The translations under genes and the position numbers were made by a program. Source: Methylorubrum extorquens (GTDB lineage Bacteria; Pseudomonadota; Alphaproteobacteria; Rhizobiales; Beijerinckiaceae). Taken from it: a DNA stretch of 32,000 nucleotides. A model generated the notes under the pieces. It was not told the origin of the DNA, did not search any database, and saw only the letters and a program-made list of their open reading frames with translations. Below are positions 1 through 8,586 of the stretch, in pieces. Where the stretch lies: assembly GCA_900234795.1 (NCBI GenBank), contig LT962688.1, positions 750,001-782,000 on the forward strand, given 5' to 3'. The first letter of the stretch is position 1; each line of letters starts with the position of its first letter.

Positions 1-1754
1 CGCACCCGCGCGTGGTAGGCGTCGAGCCAAGCCGCGTCGTACGCGCCGAGCATGGCCGGATCGATCAGCCGCCGGTCGATCGGGGCCAGCGTCAGGGTCT
101 CGAAGCCGAGCATCGTCCGGTCGCCGCCGGGGATCGTCCGCGGCTCGACGAGGATCAGGTTCTCGATGCGGATGCCGTAGGCACGGCTCCGGTAATAGCC
201 CGGCTCGTTCGAGAGGATCATGCCGGGCTTCAACGCCACCGTGCCGGTCTTGGCGATGCGCTGCGGGCCCTCGTGGACCGAGAGGAAGGCACCGACGCCG
301 TGGCCGGTGCCGTGATCGTAATCGAGCCCGGCCTCCCACAGGCTCATCCGGGCGAAGGCATCGATCTGCGCGCCCGTCGTCCCCTCGGGAAAGACCGCGC
401 GGGCGATGGCGATATGGCCCTTCAGCACGCGGGTGAAGCGGTCGCGCATCGCGTCCGTGGGCGTACCGATGGCGACGGTGCGGGTGATGTCGGTGGTGCC
501 GTCGGCGTATTGCGCGCCTGAATCGATCAGGAAGAGTTCGCCGGGCTGCGCCGTGCGGTCGGTGGCGCGGGTGACGCGATAATGGACGATGGCACCGTTC
601 GGGCCCGAACCGGAAATGGTCGGGAAGGAGACGTCGCGCAGCAGGCCGCCTTCTCTGCGGAAATCCTCCAGTGCCTCGACAGCGGCGATCTCGCTCACCC
701 CCTCGGGCGCGGTCCGGTCGAGCCAGGCGAGGAAGCGCGTCACGGCAAGGCCGTCGCGGTGGTGGGCGGCGCGGGTGCCGGCGATCTCGGCCGGGTTCTT
801 GACCGCCTTCATCGCGGTGACCGGATCGGCGCCGACATCCGCGACGCCGCCGGCGGCCTCGATGCGATCCTTGAGGGCCGCCGCCGCCGTCGCCGCATCG
901 ATCCGCACACGGGCGGCGCCGGTGCACAGGCCGGCGAGATCCGCGTCGAAGGCGCTGCGCGGGCGAAGGTCGGCCAGCGGTTCGAGGGCGGCGCGCAGGT
1001 CGGCGTCGATCTGCGGCGAGGTGAGGTAGAGCGCGGCCCGCCCCTCGCGGGGCACCAGCGCGTAGCCGAGCGCCAGGGGCGTGTGCGCGATGTCGGACCC
1101 ACGCAGGTTGAAGGTCCAGGCGAGGTTGTGGGGATCGGAGATCACCAGGGTGTCGATCCCGCCTTCCGCCAGCGCGGCGCGGATGCGGTCGAGCTTGTCG
1201 CTACGGGTCTCGCCCGCAAGATCATCGGGATGGGCGGCGACACGGCCCGCCGGCGGCCGGGGCCGCCCGGCCCAGACCGCGTCCACGAGATTGTCGGGCA
1301 CGGCGCGCAGGGATGCCCCCGCCTTGATGGCGGCGCGCTCCAGGCGGGCCACGCCGTCGGGCGTGTGAAGCCAGGGATCGTAGGCGAGGGTTTGGCCGGG
1401 CTTCAGGTGGGCGCCGAGCCAAGCCTCCGGCGTCGTCTCGGCCAGAGGCACCACGGTGATGATCCCGGTATCGACCTGCTCCGGCGCCTGGAGGGTGTAG
1501 CGGCCATCGACGAACAGGGCCGCCACGTCGGCCAGGATCACCGCGAGGCCGGCCGACCCGGTGAAGCCGGTGAGCCAGGCGAGGCGCTCGGCGTTGGCCG
1601 GCACGTATTCCGACTGATGCTCGTCGGCCCGGGGCACGACGAAGCCGTCGGCGCGGATCTCGCGGAGCGCCGCACGCAGGGCTTCGATCCGTTCAGGCCC
1701 CTTGGCGTGGCTGGGATCGTCGAAGGTCTGGAAGCGGGGCAGGGGCGTCGTCAT
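1..1754 (-). CDS. pepP: Xaa-Pro aminopeptidase (aminopeptidase P, M24B); the C-terminal end runs off the window start
   Basis: Absent from the ORF track because there is no stop inside the window. My reverse-complement translation from ATG (1754-1752) reads MTTPLPRFQTFDDPSHAKGPERIEALRAALREIRADGFVVPRADEHQSEYVP... and continues open to position 1. M24 signatures are present (LIDSGAQYADGTTDITRT, DYDHGTGHGVGAFLSVHEGP, SNEPGYY, IRIENL). Plus-strand ORFs 12..521 and 582..2159 are antisense shadows. Confidence 0.85.
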   Translation of the reverse strand, partial: MTTPLPRFQTFDDPSHAKGPERIEALRAALREIRADGFVVPRADEHQSEYVPANAERLAWLTGFTGSAGLAVILADVAALFVDGRYTLQAPEQVDTGIITVVPLAETTPEAWLGAHLKPGQTLAYDPWLHTPDGVARLERAAIKAGASLRAVPDNLVDAVWAGRPRPPAGRVAAHPDDLAGETRSDKLDRIRAALAEGGIDTLVISDPHNLAWTFNLRGSDIAHTPLALGYALVPREGRAALYLTSPQIDADLRAALEPLADLRPRSAFDADLAGLCTGAARVRIDAATAAAALKDRIEAAGGVADVGADPVTAMKAVKNPAEIAGTRAAHHRDGLAVTRFLAWLDRTAPEGVSEIAAVEALEDFRREGGLLRDVSFPTISGSGPNGAIVHYRVTRATDRTAQPGELFLIDSGAQYADGTTDITRTVAIGTPTDAMRDRFTRVLKGHIAIARAVFPEGTTGAQIDAFARMSLWEAGLDYDHGTGHGVGAFLSVHEGPQRIAKTGTVALKPGMILSNEPGYYRSRAYGIRIENLILVEPRTIPGGDRTMLGFETLTLAPIDRRLIDPAMLGAYDAAWLDAYHARV

Positions 1755-1793
1755 GGCGGAAACCTACCGCGTCGGATGCCCTCGCGACACCCT

Positions 1794-1851
1794 CCTCCAT
1801 GGCCATCGCTCGAAAGCGATCACCCTGGTTTTTGGCTGGCCTCAGTCGCCG
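1794..1851. repeat. Dispersed ~58-bp intergenic repeat, copy A (core ATCGCTCGAAAGCGATCACCCTGGTTTTTGGCTGGCCTCAGTCGCCG)
   Basis: The 47-nt core at 1805-1851 matches 9720-9766 at 43/47 positions in the same orientation, and 11 further upstream bases match 8/11. It contains a small hairpin (ATCGCT-CGAA-AGCGAT). It lies 40-97 nt upstream of the pepP start on the minus strand. Confidence 0.8.
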
Positions 1852-1980
1852 GCGCCCGCGGGCTTAAGCTCTCGCTCCGCTCGATGCTTTCAGGGGCTCG
1901 CGCCCCGAAAAGTCCGCTCCGCGCGGCGCACTTCGCGCCGGCAAGCCGCTCACGCGGCTTCGAGCAATCGCCGCTCCTCC

Positions 1981-2898
1981 TCAGCGCGGACGCGCCGCCG
2001 CCCCGCCGCGTCGCAGCACCAGGGTCGCCCAGCCCTCGATCACGCCGGAGCGGGCGAGATGGAAGCCGCGGTGGCGGTAGGTCGAGAGCACGCCCGGCAC
2101 ATCGCGCTCGATCAGGCCGGAAAGGATCAGCACGCCGTCATCGGCCACCGCGGCGGTGAGCGAGGGCGCGAGCCGCTTGAGCGGGCGGGCGAGGATGTTG
2201 GCGAACACCACGTCGAAGCCGCGCGGGCGGTTCGCCAGGGCGTGGCGCACGCCCGGCGCATGGTAGAAGCGCATGAACGGCCCGAGGCCGTTGAGGCGGG
2301 CATTGCCGCGGGCGGTCGTCACCGCTTCCGGATCGAGGTCGCCGGCCACCACGGGCGTGCGCAGCACCTTGGCGGCGGCAAAGCCCAGGATGCCGGTGCC
2401 GGTGCCGACATCGAGGACATGGGCCGGCCGCCGCCGCTTCAGTTCATCCACCAGCGCCCGCAGACAGCCAAGCGTGGTGCCGTGATGGCCGGTGCCGAAG
2501 GCAAGCGCCGCCTCGATCTCGATGGCGAGGTCGTTCCCCCGCACCTGATGACGGTCATGGCCGCCATGGACGAGGAAGCGCCCCGCCCGCACCGGCTTCA
2601 GCCCCTCGAGCGAGGCGCGTACCCAATCCTGCTGGTCGATGGTCTCGAAAACCGCCGCGTCGGCCTGCTCGCCGACCATCGGGCGGATCAGGTCGCGGAT
2701 CATCTCCGCGTCGGGCTCCTCGGAGAAATAGGCCTCCAACCGCCACGCGCCGGTCTCTTCGACCTCGAAGGCGGCCACCGCCGTCTCCATGGGGTCGAAC
2801 ATCTCGCCCAGCAGCTCGGTCATGGCGCGAGCGGAGGGCTCGTCCGTGATCAGGCGCAGGACGTGCGTGGGTCGGTGCGGCGGCAGACCTTCGAGCAT
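1981..2898 (-). CDS. prmA: Ribosomal protein L11 methyltransferase
   Basis: ORF 1981..2928. The translation has the PrmA layout (N-terminal FE...W.LEAYF, FGTGHHGTTLGCL, SAM motif VLDVGTGTGILG, ANILA). I prefer the ATG at 2898 (MLEGLPP...) because GAGGG lies 6 nt upstream; 2928 is the alternative start. Confidence 0.85.
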   Translation of the reverse strand: MLEGLPPHRPTHVLRLITDEPSARAMTELLGEMFDPMETAVAAFEVEETGAWRLEAYFSEEPDAEMIRDLIRPMVGEQADAAVFETIDQQDWVRASLEGLKPVRAGRFLVHGGHDRHQVRGNDLAIEIEAALAFGTGHHGTTLGCLRALVDELKRRRPAHVLDVGTGTGILGFAAAKVLRTPVVAGDLDPEAVTTARGNARLNGLGPFMRFYHAPGVRHALANRPRGFDVVFANILARPLKRLAPSLTAAVADDGVLILSGLIERDVPGVLSTYRHRGFHLARSGVIEGWATLVLRRGGAAARPR

Positions 2899-3063
2899 GG
2901 GGCGCCCTCTACCATCCGCGCGCGCCAAGGGCCACGGGCTTCACGACCCCTTCGACGCGCTGTTCATGAGCAATCGAGCGGGAGCACGTACCCACAACAG
3001 CACAAGCAAGACAAAAGATGCTTAATCCACAGGCATGATGTTTAATTCTTAGCCGAAAGCGCC

Positions 3064-3088
3064 GGAACCGGATCGGCGAGGCGGCGTT
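3064..3088 (+). promoter_or_regulatory. Candidate sigma-EcfG (general stress response) promoter, GGAAC-N16-CGTT
   Basis: GGAAC at 3064-3068, an exact 16-nt spacer, then CGTT at 3085-3088. This is a perfect match to the alphaproteobacterial EcfG consensus GGAAC-N16/17-CGTT. It is intergenic and points toward the small ORFs at 3223 and 3516. Confidence 0.45.
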
Positions 3089-3222
3089 ATCACCGTCCGA
3101 AGCGTCTCGCGCATGCGCCTTGTCGGCCCCGGTGGCCGGCGGGGCCATGCCCGGTGGCCGGGCGTTGCGCGAGGCGTCTTTCCGTCTCGTTCATCAGGCG
3201 CTTGTCGAGTTCTCATCGCGTC

Positions 3223-3423
3223 ATGACACCCAGATCTGTCCGCTTTCGCTCCCCCGTCGTCGTCAGGCGCGAGCCGCGCCCCGACCGCCGCCGCGCCACG
3301 AACGCCGACATCCTCGCATCGGACACGCTCGACTCCCCGCTGCCGGGCTCGCTGCTCGTGCTGCTGAGCCGGCTCCATCGCGCCGAGACCAAGCCGGCGC
3401 AGGGGACCGAGCCCACCGCCTGA
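3223..3423 (+). CDS. Hypothetical small protein (66 aa)
   Basis: Internal ATG of ORF 3154..3423. Third codon positions are almost all G/C, which is the coding signature of this genome. I recognised no family. The C-terminal PLPGSLLVLLSRLHRAE only vaguely recalls anti-sigma helices. Confidence 0.4.
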   Translation: MTPRSVRFRSPVVVRREPRPDRRRATNADILASDTLDSPLPGSLLVLLSRLHRAETKPAQGTEPTA

Positions 3424-3515
3424 GGCGAGGGGAACTCCGGCCGCGCCCGACCACTTCCTGTCCCGCATCTCCCGGCCCGGACCCGTCCGGGCCCACATCG
3501 AGAAAGGATCGGTCG

Positions 3516-3686
3516 ATGGCCGTGGTATCGAGCAAGATCTTCGAAGAGGGCAAAGCCGCCAAGGCGATGGGCAGGCCCGATTCCGCCAACCCCTACGAGG
3601 CGGGCTCGCAGGAGAGCCTGGATTGGCTCGAAGGCTTCACCGCCGACGAGCCCGAACCCTCGGCGGCCGGCCCGTCCGACGACTGA
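3516..3686 (+). CDS. Small Rmf/CrpP-like protein (56 aa)
   Basis: MAVVSSKIFEEGKAAKAMGRPDSANPYEAGSQESLDWLEGF... carries the G..A...G.....NPY...S......W..G pattern of the ribosome-modulation-factor/CrpP-like family. AGAAAGGA lies 7 nt upstream of the ATG. This is the 3' part of tracked ORF 3120..3686. Confidence 0.6.
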   Translation: MAVVSSKIFEEGKAAKAMGRPDSANPYEAGSQESLDWLEGFTADEPEPSAAGPSDD

Positions 3687-3856
3687 ATCCGGAGAGGGGG
3701 ACCTCCGCGATCCCCGGCCGATGACAGGGTTATTCCCGACGCGTTAAACGTGGATGGTGTGCGTGCCGGGCGCTCGCTCGGCACCGTGACGGCTCGACCG
3801 AGCCGGCGCCGGGCCCGCCGCATCGACGGCGGCCCGGCACGACCTGGGGAGCCGTC

Positions 3857-4667
3857 ATGATATCGTCCCGTCTCGTCCGGACCCGCCGCGCCGTGATGGC
3901 CGGCCTGCTGCTTGCATTCACCGCCGCCCCCCTCGCCGCGCGCGCTGCGGACGAACCCATCGTGGTGTTTGCCGCCGCCAGCCTCAAGAACGCACTGGAC
4001 GAAGCCGCCGCTGCCTGGACGAAGGAGACCGGCGGCACGACGCGGATCTCCTATGCCGGCTCCAACGCGCTGGCCAAGCAGATCGAGGCCGGCGCGCCGG
4101 CCGACCTCTTCATCTCCGCCGACCTCGCTTGGATGGACTATGCCGAGACGAACGGCACGATCCGCGCGGACAGCCGCGTCAACCTCCTGCGCAACGCCAT
4201 CGTCCTCGTGGCGGCCAAGGGATCGGGCCTGCGGGTCGCGCTCGAGCCCGGCACCGATCTCTCCACCCCGCTGGCCGGTGGACGGCTCGCCCTAGGCAAT
4301 GTCGAGGCGGTGCCCGCGGGCAAGTACGGCAAGGCCGCCCTCGAAAAAGCTCGGCGCCTGGGACCGGGTGAAGGGCCAGCTCGCGCAGACCGAGAACGTG
4401 CGCGCGGCCTTGCTGCTCGTCTCCCGCGGCGAGGCCCCCCTCGGCATCGTCTACGCGACGGATGCGGCGAGCGATCCGGGCGTCGAGGTCGTGGCGACCT
4501 TCCCCGCCGACAGCCACCCGCCGATCGTCTACCCGGCCGCGCTGACCAAGGATTCGGTCCGCGCCGATCGAGCAGCGTCCTTCCTCGGCTTCCTGCGCAG
4601 CCCGGCGGCGCGCCCGCTTTTCGAGCGTCAGGGCTTCGTCGTGGTCGGCGCCGAGAAGCGCTCTTGA
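3857..4667 (+). pseudogene. modA: Molybdate ABC transporter substrate-binding protein, frameshifted as sequenced
   Basis: ORF 3857..4804 reads as ModA (signal peptide, VFAAASLKNALDE, LFISADL, VPAGKYGKAALEK) only up to ~4346. The rest (LGAWDRVKGQLAQTENVRAALLLVSRGEAPLGIVYATDA...FERQGFVV) is in ORF 4299..4667. The two frames join if one A is removed from the A5 run at 4344-4348. No modB or modC is adjacent. Confidence 0.8.
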
Positions 4668-4702
4668 AGAGGGCGGGGAGGATCACGCCCCTCCCGCGCC
4701 CA

Positions 4703-5260
4703 TCACCGTTCCGAGACGATCAAGGGGGTCAGGGCGCGCTCCAGCTCGCCCTTGGTCATTTTCGAGCGGCCGGGAATGTCTTGCTTGCGCGCCCGCTGCA
4801 TTAGTTCGGACTTCGTCGCGCCGGCGGTACCGCCCTTGTCCGAGGTCTTGCCGGCCTTGCCGCCGGTCTTGCGGGCGGTGGCCGCCTTCTCCGCCACATC
4901 CGCGGGCTGCTTCGAGTGCTGCTTGCCCTTGGCGGAATCAGCGCGCTTCTTGGCGGTCGAGCGGCTGTATTCCGTATCGGACAGTTTCTCCCGCGCCTTC
5001 TTGGGCAGGTAGCGCTCGCCGGTCTTGCCGCTTTCCTTGCCGGACTTGGTGTCCCACTCCTCGTCGGTCCATTGCTTCAGGTGGTTGTCGTCGGACTTCT
5101 TGCCGGCGTAGCCACCGCCCTCCTTCTTGTATTCGCTGGTAGCCATCTGCGCCTTGCGGGCGGACCACTGGCCGGGCTTGCCGCCCTTGGAGGATTCGGT
5201 GATCTCCTCTTTCACCTTCTCCCACAGCTTCGGATCGGTCTTCTTCGCCGTGCCTGACAT
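4703..5260 (-). CDS. Lys/Gly-rich hydrophilic protein with a Rho_N/SAP-like C-terminal motif (185 aa)
   Basis: ORF 4703..5260. AGGAGG lies 8 nt upstream of the ATG. The C-terminus [29 protein letters not shown] resembles the Rho-N helix-extended-helix motif. The composition is typical of stress-induced hydrophilic proteins. Confidence 0.75.
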   Translation of the reverse strand: MSGTAKKTDPKLWEKVKEEITESSKGGKPGQWSARKAQMATSEYKKEGGGYAGKKSDDNHLKQWTDEEWDTKSGKESGKTGERYLPKKAREKLSDTEYSRSTAKKRADSAKGKQHSKQPADVAEKAATARKTGGKAGKTSDKGGTAGATKSELMQRARKQDIPGRSKMTKGELERALTPLIVSER

Positions 5261-5292
5261 CAGTTTCGCCTCCTGAGCGACATTCGGCTGTC

Positions 5293-5317
5293 AACAGGAG
5301 GCGTCATCGTGAGTTCC
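5293..5317 (-). promoter_or_regulatory. Near-consensus EcfG-type promoter (GGAAC-N16-TGTT) upstream of the Lys-rich protein gene
   Basis: On the minus strand, GGAAC (5317-5313), a 16-nt spacer, then TGTT (5296-5293), about 32 nt upstream of the ATG at 5260. There is one mismatch to CGTT in the -10 element. Confidence 0.3.
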
Positions 5318-5514
5318 GGCCGCACCGTTCCCATCCACGGGAGGATGGGCGCGGCCGCGCGCGGCGACCGAGGGGCGTTGACAGGGGAAGACGAAGCTTC
5401 CACCTCCGCGCCACCGAAGACGCATCTGATCGAGCGTGCCCGACGCGACCGGGAACGCTCGGTACACCCTGTGTCAGACCGGCCCGGATCGGGGCCGAGC
5501 TTAAGGAATCTGCG

Positions 5515-6459
5515 ATGTCCGACGGCCTCAGCGCCCCGAAGGTGTTCATCGACGGAGAGGTCGGCACCACCGGCCTCGGCATCCGCGAGCGCCTGGAGCG
5601 CGAGGGCCGGGTGCGCCTCGTCAGTATTCCGCTGGAGAGCCGCAAGGATGCGGCGGTGAAGCGGGCGATCCTCGAAGAGGTCGACCTCGCCGTGCTCTGC
5701 CTGCCTGACGACGCCTCCCGCGAGACCGCGGCGCTCGCCGACAGCTTGCCCGGAGGCGGCCCGAAGCTGCTCGATGCCAGCACCGCCCACCGTATCGCGC
5801 CGGGCTGGGCCTACGGATTTGCCGAGATGACGCCGGATCAGGCCGAGGTGATCCGCGCCGCGCGCCGGGTCGCCAATCCCGGCTGCTACCCGACCGGGGC
5901 GATCGCGCTGCTGCGCCCGCTGGTGGAGCGCGGCCTGATCCCGTCGGATCATCCCGTCAGCATCAATGCGGTGAGCGGCTATAGCGGCGGCGGCCGCAGC
6001 ATGATCGAGAGCTACGAGCGCGGGGAGGGCGCCCCGTTCCAGCTCTACGGGCTCGGCTTCGGTCACAAGCACCTGCCGGAAATCGAAGCCTATAGCCGGC
6101 TCACCCGGCGGCCGATCTTCATTCCCTCCGTCGGCAACTTCCGGCAGGGCATGCTGGTCAGTATCCCGCTGCATCTCGGTGCCCTGCCCGCCAGCCCGAA
6201 GCCGGGCGATCTCGAGGATGCGCTGGCCGATTGGTACGCGGGCACTCCGCTGGTGACCGTCGTGCGCGGCGCGGAGGAGGGCGCCCACCGCGAACGTCTC
6301 GAGCCGGAAGCCCTCAACGACACCGACCGGCTCGAATTACGGGTGTTCGGCTCCGACAGCCACGGCCAAGCCGTGCTGGTCGGCCGCCTCGACAACCTCG
6401 GCAAGGGCGCATCGGGCGCGGCCGTGCAGAATCTCGGTCTTATGCTCGGGCTCGACTGA
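5515..6459 (+). CDS. argC: N-acetyl-gamma-glutamyl-phosphate reductase (short alphaproteobacterial type)
   Basis: ORF 5515..6459 shows [13 protein letters not shown], the active-site region [15 protein letters not shown] and the C-terminal [19 protein letters not shown] lies 7 nt upstream of the start. Confidence 0.9.
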   Translation: MSDGLSAPKVFIDGEVGTTGLGIRERLEREGRVRLVSIPLESRKDAAVKRAILEEVDLAVLCLPDDASRETAALADSLPGGGPKLLDASTAHRIAPGWAYGFAEMTPDQAEVIRAARRVANPGCYPTGAIALLRPLVERGLIPSDHPVSINAVSGYSGGGRSMIESYERGEGAPFQLYGLGFGHKHLPEIEAYSRLTRRPIFIPSVGNFRQGMLVSIPLHLGALPASPKPGDLEDALADWYAGTPLVTVVRGAEEGAHRERLEPEALNDTDRLELRVFGSDSHGQAVLVGRLDNLGKGASGAAVQNLGLMLGLD

Positions 6460-6506
6460 CGACAGAATAGCTTCGGCCCGGATACGCTCTCGACAGTCGC
6501 TCGATG

Positions 6507-6538
6507 AAAACCCGGCACGCGCGGTCCGCGCGTGCCGG
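6507..6538 (-). terminator. GC-rich hairpin followed by T4 on the minus strand (may also act bidirectionally after argC)
   Basis: CCGGCACGCGC (6512-6522) pairs perfectly with GCGCGTGCCGG (6528-6538). The A4 run at 6507-6510 reads as a U-tract only for a minus-strand transcript. No convincing minus-strand ORF lies upstream of it. Confidence 0.4.
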
Positions 6539-7394
6539 ATCGGCGCCTGCAAGGCGATCCCCGACCGAATGGCCGACGAACGCCCCGCGAAAGCCAGCTG
6601 CCGCCCCTCGGAGCCGGGACGACATCCATCACCCGCGTGGTTCATCGCGTAAGAGCTTGGCCGGGACGAGCAACGCGTCCGTGCCGCACATGAGGAGACA
6701 GCCGCTCTCCAAATGGATCGGCAGGGTCTCGCGCCCGTCATCCGCGATGAGCCAGACGCTTCAGCTCACAAATATTGTCAGGTGGACGTAGAGCCACGCG
6801 CCCGCCGAATCGAGGGCACATCATCCGCCAATCCACAGGGCGGCCCTTCGGCTGTCATCCGTCTTTTGACAATCGGTCGTCCGGGACTGGACAGTGAAGG
6901 CGGCGCCGCGTCGGTCGAGAACTGGCGCAAGACGCTCTCGCGCGCCGGATATTTCGGGGCGGACCGATTCAACACCCGGCAATCCACAGAAAATACGTAA
7001 TTCTGCGGCAGGACGCCGCAACCAGGGCGTGTCTTCCGCTCCGCGACCGGCGCGATCACGTCAAGCCGGCAACTCTGGCATGCCAACGGGGAAATCCGGC
7101 AACCATCTGGGATCACAACTCCTTGAAACGTCGACAGTTTCCGACGTGTGTTCAAGAGCGTTCTATCATTTGAAATATTTCGTTGAGATCGTCAGCGTCA
7201 CCCTTAAGGTGGGCCTAATCCTTTTTTTCCGAAGGCCGCGATCGGCGTTTTTTCCATTCGATTTGGATAGAAACACACGCTACGCTCAGTTCTCTTCGAC
7301 CTGACTGCGCTCGAATTTATACGCGATGTCTTGCTCTAGCACGGTCCTGAGCTTACCGTATTCCAGCTAAAGCCCCCTCATAGAAGATTGCGCC

Positions 7395-7925
7395 ATGGAC
7401 ACCAGTGAACAGGACGCGGAGACAGCCCGCCTCGTTACCCTCACGGCCGATGTCGTGTCTGCTTATGTCAGCAACAATCACGTACAGAGCGCCGAGTTGC
7501 CGAAGCTTCTCGGGGAAGTGCATGAGGCGATTCGCTCGGTCAGCTTGAGCGGCCGTCCCACCGCCGAAACCGGGCCGCCCAAGGCGACGCCGCAGGAAAT
7601 CCGCAAGTCGATCAGCCACGACTTTCTGGTCAGCTTCGAGGACGGCAAGCCCTACAAGACGCTGCGCCGCCATCTCACCCTGCGCGGCCTCTCGCCGGAA
7701 CAGTATCGGGCGAAATGGGGCCTCCCCAACGATTACCCCATGACCTCCGCGAGCTACTCGGAGCAGCGCTCCGAACTGGCGCGTGCGCTGGGCCTGGGTC
7801 AGCAGCGCCGCCGGATCGCCGAGCCGGAAGCGGAAGTCGAGGCGGCGCCCGAGCCGGTGGCCGCCGAGCCGGAACCCGCTGCGGAGAAGAAGCGCCGCGC
7901 TCCGCGCCGCAAGAAGGACGCTTGA
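7395..7925 (+). CDS. mucR: MucR/Ros family transcriptional regulator, zinc-ligand-deficient variant
   Basis: ORF 7395..7925. N-terminal LTADVVSAYVSNN and core ...SFEDGKPYKTLRRHLTLRGLSPEQYRAKWGLPNDYPMTSASYSEQRSELA. Aligned to the Ros C-X2-C-X9-H-X4-H motif, the ligands are S, D, H, G. Confidence 0.9.
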   Translation: MDTSEQDAETARLVTLTADVVSAYVSNNHVQSAELPKLLGEVHEAIRSVSLSGRPTAETGPPKATPQEIRKSISHDFLVSFEDGKPYKTLRRHLTLRGLSPEQYRAKWGLPNDYPMTSASYSEQRSELARALGLGQQRRRIAEPEAEVEAAPEPVAAEPEPAAEKKRRAPRRKKDA

Positions 7926-7966
7926 GCCCAAGCGCAGCTTCGCTTGAGCGCAGATCCACTTGGTCG

Positions 7967-7995
7967 ACGCGGGCTCGGCGGTGCCGGGCCCGCGT
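7967..7995 (+). terminator. Hairpin downstream of mucR
   Basis: ACGCGGGC (7967-7974) pairs with GCCCGCGT (7988-7995), and an inner CGGC/GCCG extends the stem. The downstream T tract is poor, so this is only a weak intrinsic-terminator call. Confidence 0.35.
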
Positions 7996-8245
7996 TCCGT
8001 TCGATTGCGCTCAGCGCTTCGACGGCTTGCCGATCTCAGAGGGGACGCGCGTTGGCGTTCGGCTCCGTCAGCGCCGCGCCTGCACGTCCAGAGCCGGCCT
8101 TGAACTGGCCTGAAGAGACCTCAGGGCCGTCGAACGATCTCGCTAAGCGCTTAACCCGCAGGCAACACTGGCGACTGCCCTGCGTCCATATCGATTGATC
8201 GACCGCTGCCGAGCCGGCAAACGCTCAATTGGAGGGCATTTGCCG

Positions 8246-8521
8246 ATGATTTGGGCACACACACGGATCACGACTGATAAGATCCGTTCGGTCGAACTCC
8301 TGTTTCGCGAACAGGACGTCTCCTTCGACCATGCGCGGCAGATGCTTCTCATCAGCGTGGCCGAGGACAGGTCGATGGTTCGTCTCTGGGTCTGCGTCCC
8401 AGAGATCGAGATGCTGACGTCCTATTACGGGTTCAGCCTGTGCACCCGGGCCGACCTGCCCCTGGCGCCGACCCTCGTTGCCGGCTGCCCCGAACAGTTC
8501 GGTCGCATCTTCCAGGGATAG
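8246..8521 (+). CDS. Hypothetical protein (91 aa) in a lower-GC patch
   Basis: Internal ATG of ORF 8195..8521, preceded by GGAGGG 9 nt upstream. Codon bias is weaker than in neighbouring genes. I recognised no family. Confidence 0.5.
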   Translation: MIWAHTRITTDKIRSVELLFREQDVSFDHARQMLLISVAEDRSMVRLWVCVPEIEMLTSYYGFSLCTRADLPLAPTLVAGCPEQFGRIFQG

Positions 8522-8586
8522 CGCATGCGCCCAGCCGATGAATTCCGGCCTTCATTCCGGGAGGAGGGGGTCCGGTGTCGTGAGCA

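Noticed and set aside
12-2159. Plus-strand ORFs 12..521 and 582..2159 (525 aa), plus several nested ORFs
   Set aside because: They are antisense to a clean aminopeptidase P reading frame. Their composition is Arg/Gly/Ala-rich with no motifs.
3223-3423. Calling the 66-aa ORF a NepR anti-sigma factor
   Set aside because: Only the second-helix-like PLPGSLLVLLSRL segment is reminiscent of NepR, and the diagnostic LG..LR..YD segment is missing. It is kept as a hypothetical protein.
3687-3856. Possible molybdenum-cofactor riboswitch or ModE operator upstream of modA
   Set aside because: I could not recognise the conserved Moco-motif core or a ModE-type AT-rich palindrome in the 170-nt leader. It contains only generic GC-rich hairpins.
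5260-6288. Minus-strand 342-aa ORF opposite argC. The same applies to 8728..9786 (+) opposite nadQ, 10541..11377 (-) opposite thiD, 22151..22867 (+) opposite the VWA gene and 25655..26356 (+) opposite the sigma gene.
   Set aside because: Each overlaps a gene with unmistakable family motifs on the other strand and has a featureless high-Arg/Gly translation. These are standard high-GC shadow ORFs.
6460-7394. Chromosomal replication origin (DnaA-like boxes, an AT-rich block, a CtrA-like site and GANTC sites)
   Set aside because: There are only two imperfect boxes (7/9 to TTATCCACA) and a single one-mismatch CtrA site. There are no hemE, dnaA, parAB or similar marker genes nearby. The AT-rich block is equally well explained as a MucR-type autoregulated promoter. 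The idea cannot be excluded without whole-genome GC-skew.
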